The notes under the pieces: generated by a model
What the model saw: only the letters and a program-made list of their open reading frames with translations
Told to the model about the DNA's origin: nothing
Databases searched by the model: none
Translations under genes and position numbers: made by a program
Assembly (NCBI GenBank): GCA_030390025.1
Contig: CM059433.1
Coordinates: 7,194,001-7,258,000 of the forward strand
Length of the DNA stretch: 64,000 nt
Source: Squalus acanthias
Taxonomy: Eukaryota
Reading direction: 5' to 3'
In this document: positions 9,641 through 21,600 of the stretch, piece after piece
Numbering within the stretch: the first letter of the stretch is position 1
How the letters are laid out: every line of letters begins with the position of its first letter

Positions 9641-12600
9641 AAGGGGCCTCTTTGAGGAAACTTGTGTTGTTGGAGCGAGTGATCCTGTGAGAGTGGGTGG
9701 GGCAGGTGTAGGAATAGATTACATATCTTTATTTACTAGTAGAGGGGCAGGTGTAGGACTGGATTACATATCTTTATATTCTGGTAGTGGGGTAGGTGTA
9801 GGAATGGATTACTTATTGGTTACATAAATGCGGATTCCGCCCACTAATGGGCACAATGGACATGATCTTCACCGCGCATCAAATACAAGAGAAATGCAGG
9901 GAACAGCACCAACCGCTGTACATGGCCTCCTTTGACCTCACAAAGGCCTTCGACACTGTCAACCGTGAGGGATTATGGAGTGTCTTCCTCTAATTCGACT
10001 GCCCACAAAAGTTTGTCACCATCCTCCGCCTGCTTCACGATGACATGCAAGCCGCGATCCTGACCAACGGTTCCACCACAGACCCAATTCACGTACAGAC
10101 CGGGCTCAAGCAAGGCTGTGTCATCGCACCAACAATCTTCTCGGTCTTCCTTGCTGCAATGCTCCATCTCACCCTCAGTAAGCTCCCCGCTGGAGTGGAG
10201 CTAATCTACAGAACAAACGGGAAACTGTTCAACCTCTGTCGCCTCCAGTCCAGATCCAAGGTCATCCCATCCTCTGTCATCGAATTACAGTATGCAGACG
10301 ACACTTGCGTCTGCGCACACTCGGAGGTCGAACTCCAAACCATCGTCAACATCTTCACCGAAGCGTAGGAGAGCATGGGCCTTACACGAAACATCCGGAA
10401 GACAAAGGTCCTCTACCAACCTGCCCTCGCCATTCTGTCCCCCGATTATCAAAGGCCTTGGTCAGCGAGGGCCACTTTCCATACCTCGGGAGCCTACTGT
10501 CAACAAGGGCAGACGTCGATGATGAAGTCCAACACCGCCTTCAGTGTGCCAGTGCAGCCTTCGGTCGCCTGAGGAAGAGAGTGTTTGAAGACCAGGACCT
10601 CAAACCCAGCACCAAGCTCGTGGTCTACAGAGCAGTAGTGATTCCCGCACTCCTGTATGCTTCAGAGACATGGACCATGTACAGCAGGCACCTCAAAGCA
10701 CTGGAGAGGTACCACCAACGCTGCCTTCGCAAGATCCTGCAAATCCATTGGCAGGATAGGTGCACCAACGTCAGTGTTCTCGCTCAGGCCAACATTCCCA
10801 GCATCGAAGCTTTGACCACGCTCGATCAGCTCCGATGGTCGGGCCACACCGTCCGCATGCCCGATACGAGACTCCCAAAACAAGTGCTCTATTGGGAGCT
10901 CTGACACGACAAGAGAGCCCCAGGTGGGCAGAGGAAACACTTCAAGGACACCCTCAAAACCTCCTTGAAAAAGTGTAACATCCCCACTGACACCTGGGAA
11001 TCCCTGGCCCAAGACCGCACAAAGTGGAGGAGAAGCATTCGGGAAGGCGCTGAACACCTCGAGTCTCTTCGCTGGGAGCAAGCGGAAGCCAAGCGCAGGC
11101 AGCGCAAGGAGTGCACGTCAATCCAAGCACCCCACCCACCCGCCCCTTCAGCCACCGTCTGCCCCACCTGTGACAGAGACTGTCGGTCCCACATTGGACT
11201 CATCAGTCACCTGAGAACTAATTTTTAGCGTGGAAGCAGGTAATCCTCGGTTCTGAGGGACTGCCTAAGAAGTATATCTTTATATTCTAGTAGTTGGGGG
11301 GAGGGTGTCGGAATGGATTACATATCTTCATATACTAGTTGGGGGGCAGGTGTAGGAATGGGTTACAGATCTTTATATACTAGTTGGGGGTCAGGTGTAG
11401 GATTTGGTTACATCTTCATATACTAGTCGAGAGGCAGGTGTAGGAATGGGTTACATATCTTTATATACTAGTTGGGGGGCAGGTGTAGGAATGGGTTACA
11501 GATCTTTATATACTCGCAGATTTCCTGTAGTGGACAGATAATGGTCTGTTTGATAACAATCGGTTGCTGTCAAAAAGTGTGTGAAGTGTTACAGAAAATA
11601 ATTGTGACACTTACAGAAAGGGTGTGCTATATACAAAATTTCAAATTTTATGATTTTTTTTTGGCGGGGCAAGAGTTAGAAGTGTGGTGTGTCGGGGTTT
11701 GTGCTACCTTGTGTGGAGCATGAAAACTATAAATGGCCTGGCAGAAACTATTAGTTGACTTACAATTTTTAATCTCTGCATATGATTGTTATCATTCTTG
11801 AAAATAAATGGTAGTAAGGAGTGATTTCATGGGTGCAGTCTAATCTCTAGAATCAAACAGAAATGAATCATTCTCTCCGGTTTCTGACATCAGCTGAATC
11901 ATCAAGATTATTGCATTACTGATATTTCGCAATTTTAAATTTAAAATTCCCCTCTTTGCCTCAAGTGTTGTCACCCAGTACTGTGTGGTCTTTCCAGTGA
12001 AAACGAGGACAGGCCTGTTCTTAATAGATTTCAAACTGATTGAGGTAAAATATACCAGTAGTTCGTAGAGCTTTTAGTTTGACACAGAACTAACAAAACC
12101 TGTCAAATGAGGCAGGTGAGTTTGAGAATCAGTGGAAGCTGTGATGGAACCGCAAATCCTTGGCTTAACTTCTGGTGCTATGACGCACTCGGACTTTTTT
12201 TTGAGGGTAGGACTTCCTGGTTTAAAATATTTTTTCCCTTCCTCCTTTTGTTCATCCTCTGGATTAAGCATCATTCTCCAGCCAAGTGCATGTAAGAATT
12301 CTGCCCCCAGACACTTTCTGAAACCTGTGTAGAATTTGGGCTCAAAGGCTGCACCTCCCTCTGGCAGACTTCACCATCAGCACATTTGTAGATGTTAGTA
12401 TAAGGCTTAACACAACCTGGCCAGTGGGGGTAGGGAGATAATTGTCATGAAATTCATTTAGATGTGCAGTTTTTAAACTCAAACTCATTGTCGTCATCCC
12501 CCGCCACAAACTCCACATCCTCCCCAGCCACTATCATCTTCCATACTGTTCTTTTCTCTAAATAGTTGGGACAATTTGATTTCATGTATGTGTCTTTGTT

Positions 12601-15600
12601 AGATAGGTTAGATCAGATTGCTGAGGCTTGCTATATGAGGTTTCAGAACTTTGTGCTTGCCCCAGATCATCGTCTTTTTTCTAAGATTTTTCAGATCCGG
12701 ACCCCCAGAAGAACATGTGCGCTTGCAGAGTTTGATTTTAGTCCTGTGCTTGTTGGAACTTTTATAAAATCCATTTTTTGGCTGCCACAAATGTGATCAC
12801 ATGATAAGCCACTTTGAGCTTTTTTGGTTTATCATGATTGTCCATTGAAGCACCCCAGCCCATTGAACCCAATGGGTAACACTAACACCCCAGCCCATTG
12901 AACCCAATGGGTAACACCTCAGCCCATTGAACCCAATGGGTAACACTAACACCCCAGCCCATTGAACCCAATGGGTAACACTGTAACACCCCAGCCCATT
13001 GAACCCAATAGGTAACACTAACACCCCAGCCCATTGAACCCAATGGGTAACACTAACACCCCAGCCCATTGAACCCAATAGGTAACACTAACACCCCAGC
13101 CCATTGAACCCAATGGGTAACACTAACACCCCAGCCCATTGAACCCAATGGGTAACACTAACACCCCAGCCCATTGAACCCAATGGGTAATACTAACACC
13201 CCCCAGCCCATTGAACCCAATGGGTAACACTGTAACACCCCAGCCCATTGAACCCAATGGGTAATACTAACACCCCCAGCCCATTGAACCCAATGGGTAA
13301 AACTGTAACACCCCAGCCCATTGAACCCAATGGGTAACACTAACACCCCCCAGCCCATTGAACCCAATGGGTAACACTGTAACACCCCAGCCCATTGAAC
13401 CCAATGGGTAACACTAACACCCCCCAGCCCATTGAACCCAATGGGTAACACTGTAACACCCCAGCCCATTGAACCCAATGGGTAATACTAACACCCCCAG
13501 CCCATTGAACCCAATGGGTAACACTAACACTCCAGCCCATTGAACCCAATGGGTAACACTGTAACACCCCAGCCCATTGAACCCAATGGGTAACACTGTA
13601 ACACCCCAGCCCATTGAACCCAATGGGTAACACTGTAACACCCCAGCCCATTGAACCCAATAGGTAATACTAACACCCCCAGCCCATTGAGCCCAATGGG
13701 TAATACTAACACCCCCAGCCCATTGAACCCAATGGGTAACACTAACACCCCAGCCCATTGAACCCAATGGGTAATACTAACACCCCCAGCCCATTGAACC
13801 CAATAGGTAACACTAACACCCCAGCCCATTGAACCCAATAGGTAACACTAACACCCCAGCCCATTGAACCCAATAGGTAACACTAACACCCCAGCCCATT
13901 GAACCCAATGGGTAACACTCTAACACCCCAGCCCATTGAACCCAATGGGTAACACTAACACCCCAGCCCATTGAACCCAATGGGTAACACTGTAACACCC
14001 CAGCCCATTGAACCCAATGGGTAACACTGTAACACTAACAGTAAAGCCTGTTGCTTGCTCCAGAAGTGGCTCTGTAACCTCCTGCCCGCTGTAGTAAACC
14101 GCTGAAAGATATACCATTTCTTCCACTAACTGAGCAAGGCCGTAGGAGATTTATTACTCTTATTAAATTGTGCTGCAGCAAGCATTGGGCACGGGTTTTT
14201 TTTCTGCTCTGCAACTTTTCATTTAGTTTTAGTGCCAGCTAGTTTTCAGGATTGTGCATTTGGTCTGAATAGTAATGCTATGGTTTAAATTGCTTAATAC
14301 ATTGTATAAAATTGTTGAAAATAAGGCTGTGTTTAGACTACATCTATAGCCTCGCTGTTAAGTTGTCAAGTAAGTGCAGCCTAGGATTTTTTCAATCCCT
14401 TTTAAAAACAATCTCTTTGAAACCAGCAGTGCTTTCAATATTTAAAACAAAAACAATTGTCGATTTTCAGTGTTTGGAAAGGGGAGAAACCAAAATAATC
14501 TTTCTAATTATTTGTAAAATTCTTGAAACCTTTGAATATTTGCCTGTGTCTTTTTTGTGCTCTTAGTATTTCTTAATAGTCACTATTGGAACGTTCCCAA
14601 GAGTAAAGTGGACTGTATTAATGATGAATTTGACAGCTGCTATTGTATGGGGCCCTTGGTGTTGAGAACATTTTTATCCTCTCTGCATGAAAATTATTTC
14701 CCTAAAGGGAAAGGTTCGGCCTTATAATTTTTGGTGTAGCTACTAAAGCCATAAAGAAATTGCAACCAGTAAGTTTTGGTCTCCGAGTGTCCTTGGTTGA
14801 AGAATTGCCATCCCCGTTGAGACTGAGAAATCTCCTGAGTGGCCATCTCCTCGGCCTTGACCCTGGGACTCTTACTTTGGGTTTAATTTAGTAATGGAGG
14901 CAGACTGTGCTGCTGGGCATCTGATAGAAAATGCAGCACAGATACACTCTCTGGTTATTGTACAAAATACTCAGAATCATTCTTTTACTGATTACACAGA
15001 GAGAAACTAGATAAAGTATATAGAAGGGAAAACCTAGAAAAAGAGCAGGTTTTTAAAAAAAAAAGCAAGGAGATCTGGAAGCAAAAATAGTGCAACAGAA
15101 CAGGAAGGGATGCGAATGAGAAAAGACATGGTCAAAACATAAAAGGAGAAAACAAAATTGTATTGTTTTTCTATCTAAATAGTCAAACTATTATACCCTT
15201 ATCTTTTAAAATCTCTTATCTAAATATACTACTTCCCCTTTAATTGTATAATGTCGGAACAAGAGACTTTTATGCAATTAAACAATCTCCATTGAAGTTG
15301 CAGTAGACAAAACAATGACATCATTTAAAGTGCTCGCAACATTTTTTCTGACCTGAAAAGTACTTATTATGTGAGCAAGAACCTTTTTCTTTGACTGCAT
15401 CTGTTAAACTTCAGTGTTTTTCTCAGTGCCACTTCCCTCAACTAAGTGACATTCAATAGAGAAAGCTCAGAATGTACGAAACATTTGTACTGGTACAGTC
15501 TGCTGTGTACAATTTGAGACTGGCCCCAAAAAGTTTGCAAACAAGCAAGGTTTACCGTGGTGATACAATCTCTTGTTTTCCCAACATTTTTACTGGGGGT

Positions 15601-18600
15601 TTTTCTCTCCCTCCTTTGCTCGGGTGAGATTGCTTTGCTAATTTCTCTCTCACACTTCACTTTAGTTGCTGTCCAGCTAAGAGTGTTAGCGTTCCACTGT
15701 GAGAGGCAGTTTGTTCTCGGTGTTGGTGAAATGGTACCATCAGCTTAATGTGACCAGTATATCCTGTCTCTTGATTCCTATAGAGAGAGAATAGAATCAT
15801 AGAAATTTACGGCACAGAAGGAGGCCATTCGACTCATCGTGTCTGTCTCAGCCGAAAAAGAGCTATCCAGTCTAATCCCACTTTCCAGCTCTTGTGATGT
15901 TGCAAGGATGTGGCAAAGGAACAAAAAGTGGAGAAAGACAAAATTATTCTTTAAAAGCTAGCTTGCATGTTTTTTTTTTAAGAAAGGTGGTCAAGAATTG
16001 TAATAAATATTACATGTTTGAGTTCAGCATGTGTACTATTGAGACCACATCTTGCTAGCTTGAGTTAATGGTGCAGTGTGAGTGAAGTGGCATTCACCAG
16101 GGCTGCCACACCTGCTGTCGGCAATCGGTGCTATGCACAGTAGCACCTGAATTTTGAAGAAAACCAGAGCACCCAACAAATGGTGTTTACTTCACTCAAA
16201 CATCAACTTTTTGACTCGTCTGGAGAAGGGAAGACCTGGACCAGCAAATGAATGAAGCAGAGTTCATTTTAGTGTTGGCTCCAGCTAGTAAATAACATGC
16301 ATCTGCAGACAGACCTCTACTCTTTGCAGAACTGACTGAAAATTTCTGTCGGGACACAGATTCCATATAAATTGATTATAGTGCGGTTCTTTGGCATCAG
16401 ATTGCTGCTTGATTTCTGCAAATAATGGTGGCAATTGATTACGTCTCTGCGAGGTGCCTTTCTATGTTAAAGGCACCATACAATGCAGGTCAGGATGATG
16501 TGTGACTTGGAGGGGAACTTGCAGGCGATAGCATTCCCATGATCTTGCTGCTCTTGTCCTGAGTGGTAGAGGTCATGGGGCTGGAAGGTGCTGGCGAAGC
16601 AATCTTGGTGAGTTGCCGCAGTGCGTCCTGGAGATAGGACACATTGCAACCACAGCACACCAATGGTGGGTGGGGTGGATGGGCACAGTGACAGTCACCG
16701 ATGAAGCAGACTGGTCTCAAGCTTCTTGAGTGTAGTTGCAGTTGCACCTGTCCAGGTGAGTGGTCAGTATGTCATCACACTCCTGGCTTGAATCTTGCAG
16801 ATTGTAGAGCGAATTATGGGAGGAGGAGGAGGAAGTGGCATCAGGAGGTGATGTGGAGATGCCGGTGTTGGACTGGGGTGGACAAATGTGAGAAGTCACA
16901 CAACACCAGGTTATAGTCCAACAGCTTTATTTGAAATCACAAGCTTTCGGAGCACTGCTCCTTCGTCAGGTGAAGTGAAGAGATGCATATAGGCACAGCA
17001 TATATAGTCAGAGAATCATCTGGCAGTGTTCTCTGACTATATATGCTGTGCCTATATGCATCTCTTCACTTCACCTGACGAAGGAGCAGCGCTCCGAAAG
17101 CTTGTGATTTCAAATAAAGCTGTTGGACTATAACCTGGTGTTGTGCGATTTCTCACATCAGGAGGTGAGCCACTCGTCGCAGAGTTCTCCGCCTCCATTC
17201 TCCTTTTGTAGCCATGTTGTTGATCTGGATGATGCAGTTACACTTCTGGTCAGTGGTGACTCCTCAGGATTTTGATGGTCGGATATTTGGCAATGCTGGT
17301 GGCATTGAAGGACAAGGGGGAGGTGGTGGGCCTTTTCTTGTTGGAGGTGTTCATTACCTGTCACTGAAGTAGCAGGTAATATTCATGCCACATATCAGCC
17401 CAATCCTTGGTGGTGTCCAGGTCTTGCTGACTCCACTACACATGTGAACTTATCCTTCCGATATGCAGTACTTTACACTTGTCTGGATTAAATTTCATCT
17501 GCCATTATTCTGTCCACTCATATATTTTGTCCAGCTCATTCTGTAATTTCTGAGTTTCCTCCTCTGAATTCTACTGCGCCACCTAATTGTGCATCAACTG
17601 CAAATTTGACCAATTTGAGTTGAGTTTTGAGTCTAAGTCATACGGTGGGAAAATAACATTAAGTGCCATTGCCGTGTATAAACAATGTTCAAATAAAGCA
17701 TCCACGGATGCTGCCTGACCTGCTGAGTGTTTCCAGCATTTTCTGTTGTTATTTCAGATAAAGAAAATTGAGTAACCTATTCTAATTTTTTTACAGATGT
17801 TTTGAATCAATTGTTAACGGATTATGACATCCTCTCCTTCTCGGATATCCATCAGCACACTGTGAGGAAACGTGATGCAGGACCACAGTCTCGTATAGAG
17901 CAATCATTACAGTTTTCAGCCCTAAACAGGTATGTCTGGATAGATTATTTTGTAGCATAGTCGATTTCATAGACAAAATGAGAATCGCAAGGAAATCTTC
18001 ACCTTTGAGGGCTTATTCCAGGAATAAATATAAGGTTTATATTATTGAGTAGAGTACATATTTTCTGTGTAAGAAAACCATTCCATTCAAAACTAACTAT
18101 ATTTTTCATGATTGGTGGCAAAGAGGTCAAAGAGTTGAAATAGCTGCTCACTTCAATCGTCCTGGTAAGACCAGAAATGCTTACATTAGTAACACATGGT
18201 GCAATATGCCAGAACATTCTTTCACATTGTTTGTTCTGCTAAAACCAATATCTCATCTGTTAAGGTGTTACAAATGTTAGTTTAGATGGCTATTCTAACT
18301 CCCACTCTTTGTGATTTAGCATGTCACAAATCAAGTTGTTTTATCCTGAACCAAATTCAGTCTCCTACGCAAATGGAGGTACTCCAACAGTACTAATTCT
18401 GTTGTAAAAAAAAAAAGAAATCTAGGTTGACACTCCCAGGGCAGTGCTGAGGGAGTGCTGCACTGTCGGAGGTGCCGTCTTTCGGATGAGACGTTAAACC
18501 GAGGCCCCGTCTGCTCTCTCAGGTGGACGTAAAAGATCCCACGCCACGTTGAGAATAATTTTAATGGTGTGATCTGACCTCATTAACATTTCAGGTGTGA

Positions 18601-21600
18601 TACTTAATTGTTTCTGTGCACTTAATTCATGCATTTGCGGGATATTCTAGAATGCCTGCTGGAAATAAGACAACTCTGACAACTCTGCTTCTATGAAAAA
18701 GTGTGGTTTGCTGAACTGTGAATTGTCTTGGTCTGTATTAACTATACTTGGTTTAAAGAAGTTCAGTGTGAATTAGCTGATCCAGTAATGGAAGAAAAAT
18801 TGTATTAACACAGTTCATTCTGAATAACTGAAGAAGGGCTACAAATTGAACTGTTTTCTTGGCCGTGCGAAGTATCCATGATCTATCTGACATCTATGCC
18901 CAAACGGTGAGATGAGTGCTGTGTAATAAATGCTTAAATGTAGTCATGTGGCTATCAGGACATCACACTTCATTTACAGTAACAGAAGTTGATAAGAAAA
19001 TGCATGCAAAAGTTTATAGACTTCCAGTACAGCGCTGGTCGTTAGATGAATCTTGAATAAATCTCTGTTACATCGGAGTTTTGTGATTGTGGTCTACCAT
19101 CCACAAAATCCTGGAACGTTTCGTGTTGTAAGACTCAATATTTTCTAGAACTGTGTGACCTTACCTGAAACAAGTTTTTGGCAAGAGGGTACATATTCTA
19201 GCATATTGATCTGTATCATGCATGACTTAAGTAAAGAAGTTGAGTAATCAGGGTCCTATCCAAACCCTCGATTTAAACCCAATGAATTGGCTGTGGACTA
19301 TGTAAACAATGAAGAGTCAACATTCACTCAGAGGGTGGTGAACCTTTGGAATTCTCTACCACAGAAGGCTGTGGAGGCCAAGTCACTGAATATATTTAAG
19401 GAGGAGATGATAGATTTCTAGATACAAAAGGCATCAAGGGGTATGGGGAGAGAGCGAGAATATGGTATTGAGATAGAGGATCAGCCATGATCATATTGAA
19501 TGGCGGAGCAGGCTCGAAGGGCCAAATGGCCGACTCCTGCTCCTACTTTTTTTTCTATTTTCTCATCAACTGTGAGTGAAAATAAGTAGAAGTACACCCC
19601 ACAGCAACTGTGTCACTATCTGTCCCCCTCCCAATATTGAGAGAACTTTAAGTTGTAAGGAAGACAGATAATGAAAACCCTGGGTATTATCTGTCTTTAA
19701 AGCTTTGGGAACTTTGACTGATATAAAAAAAAATTCCACAATTATTCAGAAAAGCTTTTTCCTGTCTTCCTAATATAAGGTATGTGCCATAGATTCATTT
19801 AAATGGCTTTGCTATATGAATTGCTCTAAAATTATTGCCCAGATATGTTTGTGTAGAGCAGTGATTGACAAAAAGACACTGCTACTACAGTATTGTTATT
19901 CAATCTTTGATATCTTACTTTGAACTTTCTATTTCACAGAAATTTTAAAATATATTTAAGTTCAAATGTGGAGCATTTTTCTGAAACTTTCAAAGCAATA
20001 GTAGTGGATGGAGAAGGCAATGAAGAAGAATATCCTGTGCAATGGAAAAACTTCTTTACTGGCCACGTGATAGGTTAGTACATGTAATGAAATAGAATGA
20101 TTGTAAACCATGGTGTGTTGTTTTTAAAAGTTAAAAGGTAGTTTTGTTGTAGCCTGTAGCAGTGCTGCATTGAAAGCTTCAATCTTGGCATTTGAGGGAA
20201 ATAAACTTGCAGGGCTACGGGGATAGAGCGGGGGATAGCTCAGTCGGTAGAGCATCAGACTTTTAATCTGAGGGCCCAGGGTTCATGTCCCTGTACAGGC
20301 GCTGCTTTTATAACACGGTGGCATAGTGGTTAGCACTGGTGCCTCACAGCGCCAGGGACCCTGGTTCGAATCCGGCCTCGGGTGACTGTCTGTGTGGAGT
20401 TTGCACATTCTCCCCGTGTCTGCGTGGGTTTCCTCCGGGTGCTCCGGTTTCCTCCCACAGTCCAAAGATGTGCGGGTTAGGTTGATTTGGCTATGATAAA
20501 TTGACCCTTAGTGTTAGGGGGGATTAAATACGTGGGGTTACGGGGATAGGGTGGGATATGTGTCGGTGCAGGCTCGATGGGCCGAAATGGCCTCTATCTG
20601 CACTGTGGGGATTCTGTGATTCTGTGAATGGGACTGACTGGATTGCTCTGCAGAGAGCCGGCACAGACTCGATGGGCCGAATTGCCTCCTTCTGTGCCAT
20701 TATGACTCTATGACTACCAGGCTGCTCTACATCAGTGAGCTTTTTATTTCCTAAAAACATGTATGTTACCTGAATCTGTTGGTATCCAGATGGGTTATGC
20801 TTTGTTATTTAAATGCTGATGTAGGAACTGGAAGTACAAAGCAAAAGATGAAAGGTGAAATATATAAATGGGAACTACACAGAAAATCGTTGTTTCTGTT
20901 CTAATAGCCTTCAGTCCTTTAATTGAGCAGATATTTATTGATTGGTTTTAAGGAGTTAATTAACAACTGGTTGTTCAATATCCAGTTGTGGATGAGCTGC
21001 TCGTTCCATCAGCCATTGTCTGTAGCCCCCACCACAAACTCTGAGCCCCCACCAGACTGGACCAGACTTCTTGCGTCTTGACTTCCTATTGCTGAACATC
21101 TGACCCCATGTACTCTTCATCGCAAAGACTGCCTACTTCCACCTCGGTAACTTCATCTGCCTCTGCTGCTGAAACCCTCATCCATACCTTTGTCCCCTCC
21201 AGGCTCGATCTGTACTGGGGCCTCAGCTTTCCACTATATATTTATAAATTACTTGGATGAAAGAATAGAGAGCTGTATATCTAAGTTTGCCAATGACACT
21301 AAGTCAGGTGGCACAGTAAATAGTGTAGATGGGAGCAGAAAGTTGCAAAGTGACATTGATAGATTAAGTGAGTGGGCAAAACTGTGGCAGATACAGTTCA
21401 ATGTGGGGAGGTGTGAGGTCATCCTCTTTGGACCTGGGAAATCTGGATCAGTGTATTTTCTAAATGGCAAGAAGCTAGGAACTGGAAGAGCAAAGAGGTT
21501 TAGGGGTCCAAGTACAGAAATCACTAAAAGCTAGTGGAAAGGTACAAAATGTAATTAAGAAGGCTAATGGAATGTTGGCCTTTATCTCAAGTTGGCTGGA

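Larger units (their letters stand above)
16852..17155. mobile_element. Penelope-like inverted pLTR insertion (130-bp arms, 13-nt loop)
   Basis: Arms 16886-17015 and 17029-17158 with 3 mismatches; flanking duplication CATCAGGAGGTGA at 16839-16851 and 17156-17168; hammerhead motif in each arm. Confidence 0.85.
16485..17430 (-). mobile_element. Old LINE fragment hosting the Penelope palindrome
   Basis: Decayed LINE-like sequence that is continuous across the duplicated 13-mer flanking the palindrome. Confidence 0.55.

Noticed and set aside
9279..9690. ORF 9349-9690 as a single-exon gene, and antisense ORF 9279-9614
   Set aside because: The plus ORF is exon 1 read from a GTG and through the donor; the antisense ORF is expected in GC-rich sequence and has no recognisable homology.
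9827..11272. Active RTE element or domesticated RT gene
   Set aside because: 5'-truncated with no endonuclease domain; in-frame stops and frameshifts.
12851..14040. CRISPR-like array (35-37 bp palindromic repeats)
   Set aside because: No unique spacers, units are directly tandem, no cas genes, and the context is a vertebrate intron; it is a minisatellite. Its minus-strand ORFs are repeat artefacts.
20229..20301. Functional tRNA-Lys gene
   Set aside because: The 5' acceptor strand is replaced by CR1 bases, there are substitutions in the variable loop, T-loop and 3' acceptor strand, and it is embedded in a retro-insertion.
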